Shown: positions 9,444-18,369, counted from the stretch's first letter. The stretch: DNA of 54,965 nucleotides from an uncultured virus (IMG/VR IMGVR_UViG_3300042691_036107) (IMGVR_UViG_3300042691_036107), one strand, 5' to 3'. The notes: generated by a model not told the origin, from the letters alone. Numbers and translations are program-made.

Positions 9444-9690
9444 GAGGTCCCATCCACGCCGGTCGTCCGGCCGCAAGGTTCATCGCCGCGAGCTTGCTGC
9501 AACGGTAACAGGTGACGTAGGTTGCGTCCGTCGGGTGTAGGTCCTTCGCTCCTCGGCCAACGCCGCTTTCGCAGATGTGGACCATCTTCGAAGGGTGTAG
9601 AACGTGCGTATGCTCGCCGTCGCCTACGCGCACGAGTTCCACGTCGCGTTGGACAGGAAGCCCGATGGGGTTTCGGCGAGCACGGGCCAT
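9436..9690 (-). CDS. Small RRNP-motif protein with putative Zn site
   Basis: GAGGA RBS; MARARRNP start; H..C...CYRC. Confidence 0.7.
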   Translation of the reverse strand: MARARRNPIGLPVQRDVELVRVGDGEHTHVLHPSKMVHICESGVGRGAKDLHPTDATYVTCYRCSKLAAMNLAAGRPAWMGPRG

Positions 9691-9783
9691 GTTGTTCCTC
9701 GTGAGGTCCTACTTCGCTGTACCACACCGCCCATGATCGGCCGAGTTGCCAGGGACAGTCGAAGTGCTATGATTGGCCCTGCG

Positions 9784-11388
9784 ATGCTCAAGCTACGCCC
9801 CTTCCAGCGCGAAGATGTCGAGTTCTTGAAGCAGAATGATCTGCGCGTTCTCGTCGCATCAGCGCCAGGCACGGGCAAGACGGCCACGTCGATCACAGCC
9901 GTTGTCGAGGCGAGAACAGCACTTCCTGCGCTTGTCGTCTGCCCAGCGTCCGTCGCCGAGAACTGGATTCGTGAGATTCGCATGTGGGCACCGGGTCACC
10001 GGATCGTCCAGATCTCGGATACCAAGACGCGAATCCCTCGACTCGACGGCAACACCTTCATCGTGACGAGCTGGTCGCTGCTCGACGCGCGCTGGTCCAC
10101 GCTCGTTCACATGAACATCAAGACGGTCATCGCGGACGAGGCGCACTTCTCCCGCAACTCGGACACGTTGCGGGCTCAGGCCTTGCTTCAGATCACCGAA
10201 CGAGCCAAGCACGTCATCCTACTGACGGGAACGCCCATCGTGAACGAGAGTTCCGAGCTGGCGACGCTCAAGTCGATCCTCGGCACGGACAACCCCCCGA
10301 CGATTCGGCGCCTGCTCGAAGATGTGGCCCCTGATATCCCGCCGAAGACGCGCTCTTACCTTGATATCGACTTGCCCGCGGATGACCGCGCCGAGTACGA
10401 CCGGGCACGCGAAGACTTCGAGTCGTGGTTCTTGAACGAGTGGTCCAAGCTCAGCAAGGCCGGCGAGACGGACCTGGACATCGAGCGCACACTCACAGCC
10501 GAGGCGCTCACGAAGATCGGCTACCTCCGGCGTCTGGTCGGCGCTGCGAAGATCCCGGCAGCCGTCGCCTGGATCGATCGCGCCGTGCGTCTTGGCGAGC
10601 CAGTGGTCGTGTTCGCCGAGCATCAGACGGTCATCAAGGGGATCTCGAAGGCGCTTCGGCGCCGTCACATCCTGCACGTCATCCTCGACGGCAACGCGAG
10701 CGCGGCGCAACGGCAGAGCGCCATCGACGGGTTCCAGAAGCATCAAGTCCCTGTATTTCTCGGGTCGAAGGCCGCGAAAGAAGGCATCACGCTCACCGCA
10801 GCGCGCCACCTCTTGTTCGTCGAGCGGTTCTTCACTGCCGCCGACGAAGAGCAAGCAGAAGACCGGATCCGGCGCATCGGCCAGAAGTTCGCGACGACCA
10901 TCTGGTTCCTGCACGCTGCAGATACGATCGACGACCGGGTGGACGAGATCGTTCGGGCGAAGCGCAGGATCGTGCGTGAGGCCATCGGCAGCGCGGATAT
11001 CGAGGAGACAGCGGCAGGAAACGTCGCCGCCATCCTTGGGGCGTGGCAGACAGGAACTTCAGGCCGTCGAGGTCCGCCGTTGCGTCTCGGACTCGACGAG
11101 TTGCCGCCGGCGCTGCCGCTTGCCCGCACAGTCCATGCTCTCTTGTTTCAAGGTGAGCGTTGGAAGCCAGAAACAGCCGTAATCTGGTGTCAGATGAACG
11201 GCTACAAACCGCGTAAGCGGATGATTCTGCCAGATCGACTGAAGGTACAGATTCAACCGGCAGATTACTTCCGTCCGGGCCAGTTCAAGACGGTACGGAT
11301 CGCCAAGGACGTGATGGCCATCGTCGGCGTGCGCCACAACGCTGAGAACTCCAGGCGAATCAAGCAAGCTCTCAAGCGCGCCCAGTAG
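9784..11388 (+). CDS. SNF2/HARP-like superfamily 2 helicase
   Basis: LRPFQ Q-motif, APGTGKT, VVCPAS, DEAH, LTGTP, EGITLT, QAEDRIRRIGQ. Confidence 0.93.
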   Translation: MLKLRPFQREDVEFLKQNDLRVLVASAPGTGKTATSITAVVEARTALPALVVCPASVAENWIREIRMWAPGHRIVQISDTKTRIPRLDGNTFIVTSWSLLDARWSTLVHMNIKTVIADEAHFSRNSDTLRAQALLQITERAKHVILLTGTPIVNESSELATLKSILGTDNPPTIRRLLEDVAPDIPPKTRSYLDIDLPADDRAEYDRAREDFESWFLNEWSKLSKAGETDLDIERTLTAEALTKIGYLRRLVGAAKIPAAVAWIDRAVRLGEPVVVFAEHQTVIKGISKALRRRHILHVILDGNASAAQRQSAIDGFQKHQVPVFLGSKAAKEGITLTAARHLLFVERFFTAADEEQAEDRIRRIGQKFATTIWFLHAADTIDDRVDEIVRAKRRIVREAIGSADIEETAAGNVAAILGAWQTGTSGRRGPPLRLGLDELPPALPLARTVHALLFQGERWKPETAVIWCQMNGYKPRKRMILPDRLKVQIQPADYFRPGQFKTVRIAKDVMAIVGVRHNAENSRRIKQALKRAQ

Positions 11389-11423
11389 CCCCGCCTACCT
11401 GTTCGTGTTCTAATCCTGCTCTC

Positions 11424-11453
11424 GCGTTGACAAATGGCAAGGCCATGCGTTAC
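11424..11453 (+). promoter_or_regulatory. Putative sigma70-type promoter (TTGACA -35) within a repeated 17-bp element
   Basis: GCGTTGACAAATGGCAA at 11424-11440 upstream of the small-gene operon; exact inverted copy at 40413-40429. Confidence 0.6.
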
Positions 11454-11479
11454 TCAACGAGACAGAACAGGAGAGCAAC

Positions 11480-11905
11480 GTGACCCGGGCAGAACAGCTT
11501 CAGGCCGCTCTGGTGCAGAAGGGCATCGATCAACACGACAACGAGCTGCGGCACATGATCCACGAAGCCGCGCACGCGCTTCGGTGGAAGGTCCAGCCGC
11601 CCTGGACCAACGAAGCGGTCGCCGAAGGCGCTCCTTCCCGTGCGGCGTTCAAGTTCCGCGAGGAGGTCATCGCACGGGCGGCCGAGGAGCGTATCTGCGC
11701 GCTGTTGGGTGTCGAGATCGATTCGCGTGAACGTCGTATCGCGATCGCTGCGATGGAGGGGATCAAGCACGACGACTACCGAGTTCCTGGCGGACTCGAC
11801 ACGTGGCTCGAAGCTGTCGAGCACGCGATGACAAGCGAGGAAGTCAACGAGGTTGTCGACCGCATCCTCGCACTCGCACCCGAGCAAGTCCAGGAGCTGG
11901 CATGA
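11480..11905 (+). CDS. HExxH-motif protein (zincin-like)
   Basis: AGGAG RBS; IHEAAH followed by a downstream EE. Confidence 0.65.
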   Translation: MTRAEQLQAALVQKGIDQHDNELRHMIHEAAHALRWKVQPPWTNEAVAEGAPSRAAFKFREEVIARAAEERICALLGVEIDSRERRIAIAAMEGIKHDDYRVPGGLDTWLEAVEHAMTSEEVNEVVDRILALAPEQVQELA

Positions 11906-12093
11906 AGTCGGTTGAGCCCAAGCACCGACCGTGTACCGTCTGCGGCACCGAACCAGGCCAGCCCTGCATGGACGACGACGGCAAGCCGACCCCAAAAGCC
12001 TTTCACAGCGCTCGGGTGGTCGGCCGCCCCGGCCCGATCGTCCTCGAACGCGAGGGGCAAGGATTCGTTGTTCGGCCGACGGAGGAGACATGA
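11902..12093 (+). CDS. Small zinc-finger protein
   Basis: ATGA overlap; CTVC...PC...FHSAR. Confidence 0.7.
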   Translation: MKSVEPKHRPCTVCGTEPGQPCMDDDGKPTPKAFHSARVVGRPGPIVLEREGQGFVVRPTEET

Positions 12094-12506
12094 GCATCTT
12101 CTGGCATGGCTTCGAGCAGCACCCCGAAGCGCATCCCGAGCGTCCCTGGTGGCGGCAAGAGCAGATCCCGCATGGAGGTCTGGCCATCTTTCGGCGTCTC
12201 GACGGAGAAGCCGTGAAGGGCGTTCGCTTCTCGGGGCACCCGTACGGCGAGCGAACCCGAGAACAGGTCGACAACGACATCGCCGAGTTCGACCGCAAGC
12301 ACCCGTTGCCCGCCCCGCAGGCGAAGTGCGGTCAGATCTGGTTCTGGCCTGAAACCGGGGAGCAGAAGATTGTCATCGACGTGGACCCGCGCGTGCAGAT
12401 CTCGCTCGGCACGTCTTTGTTTCTCCGTCCAACCCAATGGCCGCCGCTCGACGCAGTTCTTGTTGCCGGCCCCGACAGTCCCTGGGCGCCGCCGGAGGTT
12501 CCGTGA
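12090..12506 (+). CDS. Hypothetical phage protein
   Basis: GGAGG RBS, ATGA overlap. Confidence 0.7.
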   Translation: MSIFWHGFEQHPEAHPERPWWRQEQIPHGGLAIFRRLDGEAVKGVRFSGHPYGERTREQVDNDIAEFDRKHPLPAPQAKCGQIWFWPETGEQKIVIDVDPRVQISLGTSLFLRPTQWPPLDAVLVAGPDSPWAPPEVP

Positions 12507-12823
12507 AGCTCCTGTCCATGCGCCGAGGCTTGATCAGGCGTATCGGCGCGTTAACGTGGAAACGAGGCGGGGGAAGGCCTGTTTGCCGGTACTGTCTCGG
12601 GAAGTTCCGGCCGAAGAAGTCTTGGGGCATCTACTGCTGCAACGCCTGCCGGAAAGCCGCCTGGCACGCCGTTCATGCGGAGGAGTTGGACCCCGTTTCG
12701 CTCCGCAAGGAGACGTGGAGCGGGGATCGGGCAGCCGCGACCGGCTTCGGGTCCATGACCCGCCGGCAGACCTTCAAGCGAGATCTCTTCATCCGGCGAA
12801 AGGCCGGTATCGAGCATTGGTAA
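12503..12823 (+). CDS. Zinc-finger protein
   Basis: GTGA overlap; CRYC...YCCNACR. Confidence 0.65.
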   Translation: MKLLSMRRGLIRRIGALTWKRGGGRPVCRYCLGKFRPKKSWGIYCCNACRKAAWHAVHAEELDPVSLRKETWSGDRAAATGFGSMTRRQTFKRDLFIRRKAGIEHW

Positions 12824-13068
12824 TGAAGACCGTTGTGATTGCGACCTGTGCGGGCAAGCAGGCGACGTTGGAGTACGAGTGCGCCGTGGCGCTGCCCTTG
12901 GCTTGGGGCTCCAGCGTCACCCTCGGCGACCTCACCGGCGAACTGTCAGACTGCAAGGTCCACTTGTACCCCGACTACATCAAGTACACGCTTCAACTCG
13001 TACCCCCGATCAAGTTCAAGACAGTCAAGGAGATCACGCGGCCGGCCAAGAAGACGGAGGAGAAGTGA
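12823..13068 (+). CDS. Hypothetical protein
   Basis: TAATG coupling. Confidence 0.6.
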   Translation: MKTVVIATCAGKQATLEYECAVALPLAWGSSVTLGDLTGELSDCKVHLYPDYIKYTLQLVPPIKFKTVKEITRPAKKTEEK

Positions 13069-13517
13069 TGGAGGTCATCGCCGTCATGACTCTCACGCTG
13101 ATCCTCATCGCTTTCAGCGTCGTCATCCTGTCTCTCGCGATGGGCTTCTTGCACGTGCTTCGCGATGCGCTCCATCACCGCAGAGCGCCTGTCACTTGGG
13201 GCGCTGATGGTGGTGTCCTGGTGCATGACCAGTGGACCTTCACGTTCTCGGGCGACCGGCTCGAAGTACGTGAGCATCGGTTTCTACTGCCCGATCGGGT
13301 CCGGTCCTTTTCCGTGGCACAGACGTACATCAGTCACTGGCCCCGGCAGAACCACCTTGCGGTTTGCCTTGCTGATCGCTGGATCTCCTTCCCGGAGCCG
13401 CCGTCTCACGTCATCGACTTCTTCGAGGCGGTCAATACACGGCGTTCTCAGTTGCAGCAGCGCCCGATCGACTGCACGCCGGTCCCGCGGGAGCTTGAGG
13501 CGTTGCTCAGTCGTTGA
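13068..13517 (+). CDS. Membrane protein (N-terminal TM)
   Basis: GGAGG RBS, TGATG coupling, hydrophobic N-terminus. Confidence 0.7.
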   Translation: MEVIAVMTLTLILIAFSVVILSLAMGFLHVLRDALHHRRAPVTWGADGGVLVHDQWTFTFSGDRLEVREHRFLLPDRVRSFSVAQTYISHWPRQNHLAVCLADRWISFPEPPSHVIDFFEAVNTRRSQLQQRPIDCTPVPRELEALLSR

Positions 13518-13590
13518 AGAAGCCGCCCAAGTGGACCTTCACGCCCAACTCGTCGATCCAGCCGACCAGCACGGCATCAATGAGTCGCAT

Positions 13591-14352
13591 CTAGGCCGGC
13601 TTCAAGTAACGTTGCGTCGACAGCACGCTCTCGTGGCCCATCAGTGCCTGGACCTCGGCCAGCGACTTCCCCTGCTTGAATAGCAGGTCAGCATAGGTCG
13701 CCCGCAGCACCTGCGGGCAGAGCCCCGCGAGGCTGTGGTATTGCGCTGCGATGTTGCGCGTGTGCTTGCGGATCGCGTGCGCCGTGAGCGGCAGGCCTGA
13801 ACCGTTGTCGAACAACCAGTGCCCCGGCCGTGTTTCCGCGAGATGGCGCGTCAGGATGCGACGGGCCGCCGGCGGCAACGGGATGACCCTGCGCTTGGCC
13901 TTGCGCGTGAACGCGAACGCCGCGGGTTCCGAGCCGTTGTTGTGGATGTCGTGGACGGACAGCTCGACAGCCTCGCCGATCGACAACCCGGTCAGCGGTA
14001 GCAGCCCCAACAGGGCGCGCGCAGACGCGCTGGAGAGCTGCTCGACGGCCGCGTGGTATTGAGCGAGCTGTTCCGTGTTCAGGGGCTGGCGCATGTCCGA
14101 AGGACGCCCTACAGCCGCCGGGAGCTGGGCCTCCACTTCATCTGGGTGGTAGCCCATGACGCCGACCAAGTAGTGCTTGATCGCAGCACGCATCGGCAGC
14201 ACGGTGCCGATCGGGGTCTGGCTGTCGACCTTCTCACGCATCCAGGCGATCAAGTCGTCGGTGCCTGCCCCTTCGAGGATCTCACCATACTTGGATTGCG
14301 TGCTCTCGTCGAGCCCGCGCTCTTCGAGTCGTTCACGAAGCTGGGGGTTCAT
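13591..14352 (-). CDS. XerC/D-like tyrosine recombinase, degenerate active site
   Basis: TGLSIGEA (box I), PQVLRATYA, LMGHESVLSTQRY. Confidence 0.85.
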   Translation of the reverse strand: MNPQLRERLEERGLDESTQSKYGEILEGAGTDDLIAWMREKVDSQTPIGTVLPMRAAIKHYLVGVMGYHPDEVEAQLPAAVGRPSDMRQPLNTEQLAQYHAAVEQLSSASARALLGLLPLTGLSIGEAVELSVHDIHNNGSEPAAFAFTRKAKRRVIPLPPAARRILTRHLAETRPGHWLFDNGSGLPLTAHAIRKHTRNIAAQYHSLAGLCPQVLRATYADLLFKQGKSLAEVQALMGHESVLSTQRYLKPA

Positions 14353-14552
14353 CGCGGCTTGGGCGCGTTCGAGTGAGACATCACCGTCCGTCCGACACCC
14401 CACGCGAGGGAGAGCACGCCGGCGACCTTCCAGAGCCCGCCCGTGACGGAGTAGTCATCGTAGTAGCGGATCAACAGACCGACGCCACTCCAGACTGAAG
14501 GGTGCTTGATCAACTGAACCGGGAGAGCGTCGTCTTCATGCGGTGCCGCCAT
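14349..14552 (-). CDS. Small membrane protein
   Basis: ATGA overlap with recombinase; hydrophobic segments. Confidence 0.55.
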   Translation of the reverse strand: MAAPHEDDALPVQLIKHPSVWSGVGLLIRYYDDYSVTGGLWKVAGVLSLAWGVGRTVMSHSNAPKPR

Positions 14553-14555
14553 CTC

Positions 14556-15011
14556 TCACCATCCCAAGTGCTTCGGCCGAGGGGCGACACCGTGTTGCGT
14601 GTTCTGTACCCACAGAGCTGTATCGTAGAGGATCGGCGCGCCCCAGACAACCTGCGCGATGTCGTCCGCTCGCCGTTCCGCCTGATTCGGCGGGGCCAGC
14701 CTGACTCCGAGATTGTTCGCCCAGCCCGTCACTTCGTTCGCGTCGAACACGAGATCGATGACATGGCCGATCTCGTGGCGAAGCACACCATCGATGCGCG
14801 CCGGTTCCTGCTTCAGCAACTTGCGGGCGAAGCGGAGATGACAGACAGGGCCGCCGTGATGGAAGGTCACGCCGAACCCACGGGGCGTCTCGAAGTGCGG
14901 GTAGTCCCCGAAGTCCCAGGTCAACGTCACCGCGTTCGGCTGACAGCCGAGCACGGCGCGAGCTTCTGCCCAGCGCCGTACAACGAGCTTCCCGAACGTC
15001 TTGCCGGTCAC
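14556..15011 (-). CDS. HExxH-motif protein (zincin-like)
   Basis: GVLRHEIGHVID and downstream AERRADD. Confidence 0.7.
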   Translation of the reverse strand: MTGKTFGKLVVRRWAEARAVLGCQPNAVTLTWDFGDYPHFETPRGFGVTFHHGGPVCHLRFARKLLKQEPARIDGVLRHEIGHVIDLVFDANEVTGWANNLGVRLAPPNQAERRADDIAQVVWGAPILYDTALWVQNTQHGVAPRPKHLGW

Positions 15012-15018
15012 GAGGACC

Positions 15019-16056
15019 TCAGTCTTCGCAGGAGCACTTCGAGCGGCGGAGCTTGCGCGCCCGGTTGCGCGGGTTCGTCTTGGCTTCGGCAGCGATGCGG
15101 ACGACCTCGACGGGAATCTCGGTCGGCGTTGGAAGGCCGAGCTTGGCCGACACTTCGTTGATCTCCTGCATCGCGTTGATGATCTGGAACCGAGCCATCG
15201 TCGGCCAACTCATCCGAAGCAGGGTGACCAGATCCACGCGGCGCCGAAGCAGGGTGGACTGGTCCGCTGCCGTCTGCGTCACGACGACGGAAGTCGAAGG
15301 CGTGAAACCCTGACCGACGACCCGGATCCGGTTCTCGGCCACGGCGTCTTGCCGCTCTTCCGCACGGTGCATCTGTGCCAGGCGCGCCCTCAGGCTGCCG
15401 ACACGGCCGACTTCCTGCGAACGCTTCTCACGAATGCGGGCCAGGACGTTGTGCACCATCGCCCGACGCCGCATCTGACGACGACGAGGACCACGTTCCA
15501 GTCGCTCCGAGACACGCGCGTGAACCGCGCGCAGGTGATGGAGCATCTGGGCCTGGGGCGTCCCTTCGAGATGCCCTTCGCCGATCAGGGTCTGGATGCG
15601 GTGCTCCAGCGTCCGGATGCGTTCCTGGTTGAACGCGGAGACGCGGGAGACAAGGCTCTCGTCGAGCGGAACGAACTGGTCCATCGAAGACTCCACGGCG
15701 TCGCCGAGGGCGAAGGGGTACGAAACAGTGCCCGCCGGAAGGCGCGCGAGATCTCCGCCAGGGCCCACGCCAGACTGGCGGTCGTAGGGCGGCAGGTTCC
15801 CGTTGACGTACTTCATGGCCGGGTAGGGGCCGTCCTTGTAGACGTACGGCTGGTACGACGGGCTACCCGCGGGCAGAAACAGAGGGGCGAACTGCGACTG
15901 AGGCCAATCGATGGCCTGCCGGTTCGGCACGGGGCCTTCGTCACGCCCGATCGGGTAGGGGAACGGGAGGTATTGGGGCCAACGCGCGGGCCAATCGGAA
16001 GACATGAAGTCGACCCTCCAAGTTCTACCTTCCCCCAGACGCGTCGAGATGTCCAA
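15019..16056 (-). CDS. Hypothetical protein, Pro/Tyr-rich N-half, basic helical C-half with KTNP
   Basis: 345-aa ORF in the gene-dense minus operon. Confidence 0.7.
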   Translation of the reverse strand: MDISTRLGEGRTWRVDFMSSDWPARWPQYLPFPYPIGRDEGPVPNRQAIDWPQSQFAPLFLPAGSPSYQPYVYKDGPYPAMKYVNGNLPPYDRQSGVGPGGDLARLPAGTVSYPFALGDAVESSMDQFVPLDESLVSRVSAFNQERIRTLEHRIQTLIGEGHLEGTPQAQMLHHLRAVHARVSERLERGPRRRQMRRRAMVHNVLARIREKRSQEVGRVGSLRARLAQMHRAEERQDAVAENRIRVVGQGFTPSTSVVVTQTAADQSTLLRRRVDLVTLLRMSWPTMARFQIINAMQEINEVSAKLGLPTPTEIPVEVVRIAAEAKTNPRNRARKLRRSKCSCED

Positions 16057-16110
16057 CGCCAGAATCGCGTTCTGGTGCTACAAGGGACGGAGGAGCCGAA
16101 TTGTCGACTG

Positions 16111-16368
16111 TCACTTCTTTCGAGAAGTCTCAGCGAGCGTACGCGCCGGGCCGTAATGCCGCATCACGACCTCTTCGGCCTCAGCGAACGAAGTAACCGC
16201 GCTCAGCAACACTTGAAGCGTGCGCTGGCCGAACTGGACGCTCACGTTGAACGACTGCGTGCCGTCCGGCTCGAAGTCCTGGTCAACGAGGTAGCGGGGT
16301 CCACCAGATCCTTCGGGCTCCCACTCGTAGCAGATACACGTTCGTCGCCAAGAAAGAGCCGTCATCAC
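16111..16368 (-). CDS. Small hypothetical protein
   Basis: GTGA overlap; C-terminus resembles module 1 of the 45191 ORF. Confidence 0.6.
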   Translation of the reverse strand: MMTALSWRRTCICYEWEPEGSGGPRYLVDQDFEPDGTQSFNVSVQFGQRTLQVLLSAVTSFAEAEEVVMRHYGPARTLAETSRKK

Positions 16369-16628
16369 GCTGCTCGCCGGCGCCGTGTTCGACTTGTCCG
16401 ACGAAGGACCCGACCCTCGTTGACGGCGCAGACCACGAGCTTGCCGTCGTGCACGTACTCCCCATCATCGCCTTCGTCGGTTGCCGGGATGTCCGAGACG
16501 TAGAGCGACTGCTCGAAGTGCTCGACGAGCTTGCAGGTCTTGCCGTCTGCTTCCAGCAACGCCCAGGGCGCGTTGCGGCAGCGTTCAGTCGTCAACTCGA
16601 TCCGGAAGGAAGCGCCGATCAAGCCCAT
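16365..16628 (-). CDS. Hypothetical protein
   Basis: GAGG RBS, operon packing. Confidence 0.55.
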   Translation of the reverse strand: MGLIGASFRIELTTERCRNAPWALLEADGKTCKLVEHFEQSLYVSDIPATDEGDDGEYVHDGKLVVCAVNEGRVLRRTSRTRRRRAA

Positions 16629-16631
16629 GAC

Positions 16632-16874
16632 TCACCTCGTCCAGCGCAGGATGAGGTTGTCGAGCGCCGTCGGCTTGACGTGATCTTCGGTGTTCCCGAG
16701 CGATCGCGTTCGGATCCGAACCAACTCGGCGTCGGTCAGCAGCCACGTCTCGAAGACCGCACCGTTCCGCACGAGGATGCGGTTGTAGTTGTTCGTGGCG
16801 CCGAACTTCCGTCCGACGTTCTCTGCCCGGTGCAGACGCCCGAGCCAACTCGTCCAGTAACGCAACAGCAACAT
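16632..16874 (-). CDS. Hypothetical protein
   Basis: GGAGG RBS, operon packing. Confidence 0.6.
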   Translation of the reverse strand: MLLLRYWTSWLGRLHRAENVGRKFGATNNYNRILVRNGAVFETWLLTDAELVRIRTRSLGNTEDHVKPTALDNLILRWTR

Positions 16875-16876
16875 GA

Positions 16877-17188
16877 TCAGACCCCCTCCCGCTTCGCGAA
16901 CTCGTTGAGAAGCTGTACGAACTCATCTGTCGCGTCGTGCTGCAGGTCCAGCCGAATGGAAAGCGGCATAGCGACCTCGAATGGCACGACTTCATCAAGG
17001 AAGGCGTAGTAGCGGCCCGGCACGCCATCGACGTGCTCCCGCGACTTGCCCTGAAGAGCCAGCAGCACGTCGATGCAGAGCAGGACCTGAAGCTCGACCG
17101 CGATGGCCGGACCCCACATCCCGGGCTGGTTGAGCAGCGAGGTCAGCCGCGCCTGCATCATCTCGCGCAGCTCGTCGTTGTTCATCAT
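16877..17188 (-). CDS. Hypothetical protein
   Basis: AAGGAG RBS, ATGA overlap. Confidence 0.65.
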   Translation of the reverse strand: MMNNDELREMMQARLTSLLNQPGMWGPAIAVELQVLLCIDVLLALQGKSREHVDGVPGRYYAFLDEVVPFEVAMPLSIRLDLQHDATDEFVQLLNEFAKREGV

Positions 17189-18207
17189 GGCGTCTCCTTC
17201 TTGTCGAGCGCCGCCGCGATCTGGAGCCCAGGGTGGTTCTCGATCCGCTGCCCGTCGTCGATATACTCGCGAACCATGCGCTCGGACCGATGGCGGGTCA
17301 CCTGCATGATCTTGCGTTCCTCGGCCTTGACTTGACCGGCTGCCGTCGCGAAGCCTCGGCGAAGCGAGTGTCCAGCGTACTGCGTCGGATCAAGGCCTGC
17401 GCGCGCCGCGACCTGCTTCACGATCTCGGCGACGTTGCGGTCCTGCATCGGCTGCTTCGGGTCGTCCAAGCGGCAGAACACGTAGTCGGTCCCCTTCCGA
17501 TCCGCGTGCGCGACCCACGCGCGGAAGGCCCGGACGGGGCAAAGATCAGGCTGATCGGGTAGCGCGGGGACAGCGACGGACTGCCCTCGGCTGTCCTTGT
17601 CCGTCTTGCTTGCGCGAATCAGAAGCTGCAAGCCGCCCGGGATCTGCTTCACGTCGCTCACGCGAAGAAGCACCAGCTCGCTCCTTCGGAGCGCCGAGAA
17701 GAAGCCGAGCAGCACCAGCGCACGTGCACGAAGCGTCAAGGTGGTGTCCTCACCAGCCAGACCACGCCGGATCTCTTCGAGCGTGAGATACATCTTCTTC
17801 TCTGTTGTCTCGCCGTCCTCCGCCTTCTTTCGCCGCAGTCCCCGCATGAACGCGCGGACGCCGGGCAGGTCTGTCGCTGACCAATCAGCGCCGTGCCCTG
17901 TCTCGCGGTGGGCTGCTGTGATCGCCGCCAGCGCCACGTTCAGACTGCTGACCTTCAACGTCTCCGCGCGTGCGGTGAGGTAGCGAACCACGGTCTCGCC
18001 GGACGCCGGGATGGGCTGAAGGCCCATCTCCGCGCACCACGACACGTACGCGGAGAGAGCCGAGCCGTAAGTCTTGCTGGTGTTCTGTCGAACACCGGCT
18101 GCGATGTACTCACGTGCGCGTTGATCAAGGTCCAGGAGAGCCAAGTTCGTAGTTTCGCACACCGAAATCGCTGTCTCGTGCGCGGCGTCGTCTTCGATTT
18201 CGCCCAT
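17185..18207 (-). CDS. Cre-like tyrosine recombinase/resolvase
   Basis: N-terminal SAM-like domain (NTSKTYGSAL), SALRRSEL, SKTD, GHSLRRG, RHRSERMVREY: full R-K-H-R-H-Y set. Confidence 0.93.
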   Translation of the reverse strand: MGEIEDDAAHETAISVCETTNLALLDLDQRAREYIAAGVRQNTSKTYGSALSAYVSWCAEMGLQPIPASGETVVRYLTARAETLKVSSLNVALAAITAAHRETGHGADWSATDLPGVRAFMRGLRRKKAEDGETTEKKMYLTLEEIRRGLAGEDTTLTLRARALVLLGFFSALRRSELVLLRVSDVKQIPGGLQLLIRASKTDKDSRGQSVAVPALPDQPDLCPVRAFRAWVAHADRKGTDYVFCRLDDPKQPMQDRNVAEIVKQVAARAGLDPTQYAGHSLRRGFATAAGQVKAEERKIMQVTRHRSERMVREYIDDGQRIENHPGLQIAAALDKKETP

Positions 18208-18216
18208 CAACCACCC

Positions 18217-18285
18217 CGATAACACCCACTTATCGCGCCCCTTGTCATGTCGTCCAGAGTTACAGAAATATTATTTCCGTAACTC
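18217..18285. promoter_or_regulatory. Two inverted repeats with 7-bp spacers; putative recombination/operator site
   Basis: CGATAA-cacccac-TTATCG (18217-18235) and GAGTTACAGAA-atattat-TTCCGTAACTC (18257-18285, 1 mismatch). Confidence 0.65.
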
Positions 18286-18369
18286 AAGCCCGGGGGCCTC
18301 GGCGGAGCAGAGCACTAGGTCTTCACGCGGCTCCCGGCCCCTTTCAGGGGGTCATGCTAGGCTCGGTCC

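Noticed and set aside
15001..16503. 500-aa plus-strand ORF
   Set aside because: Antisense to a well-packed minus-strand operon; composition is not protein-like.
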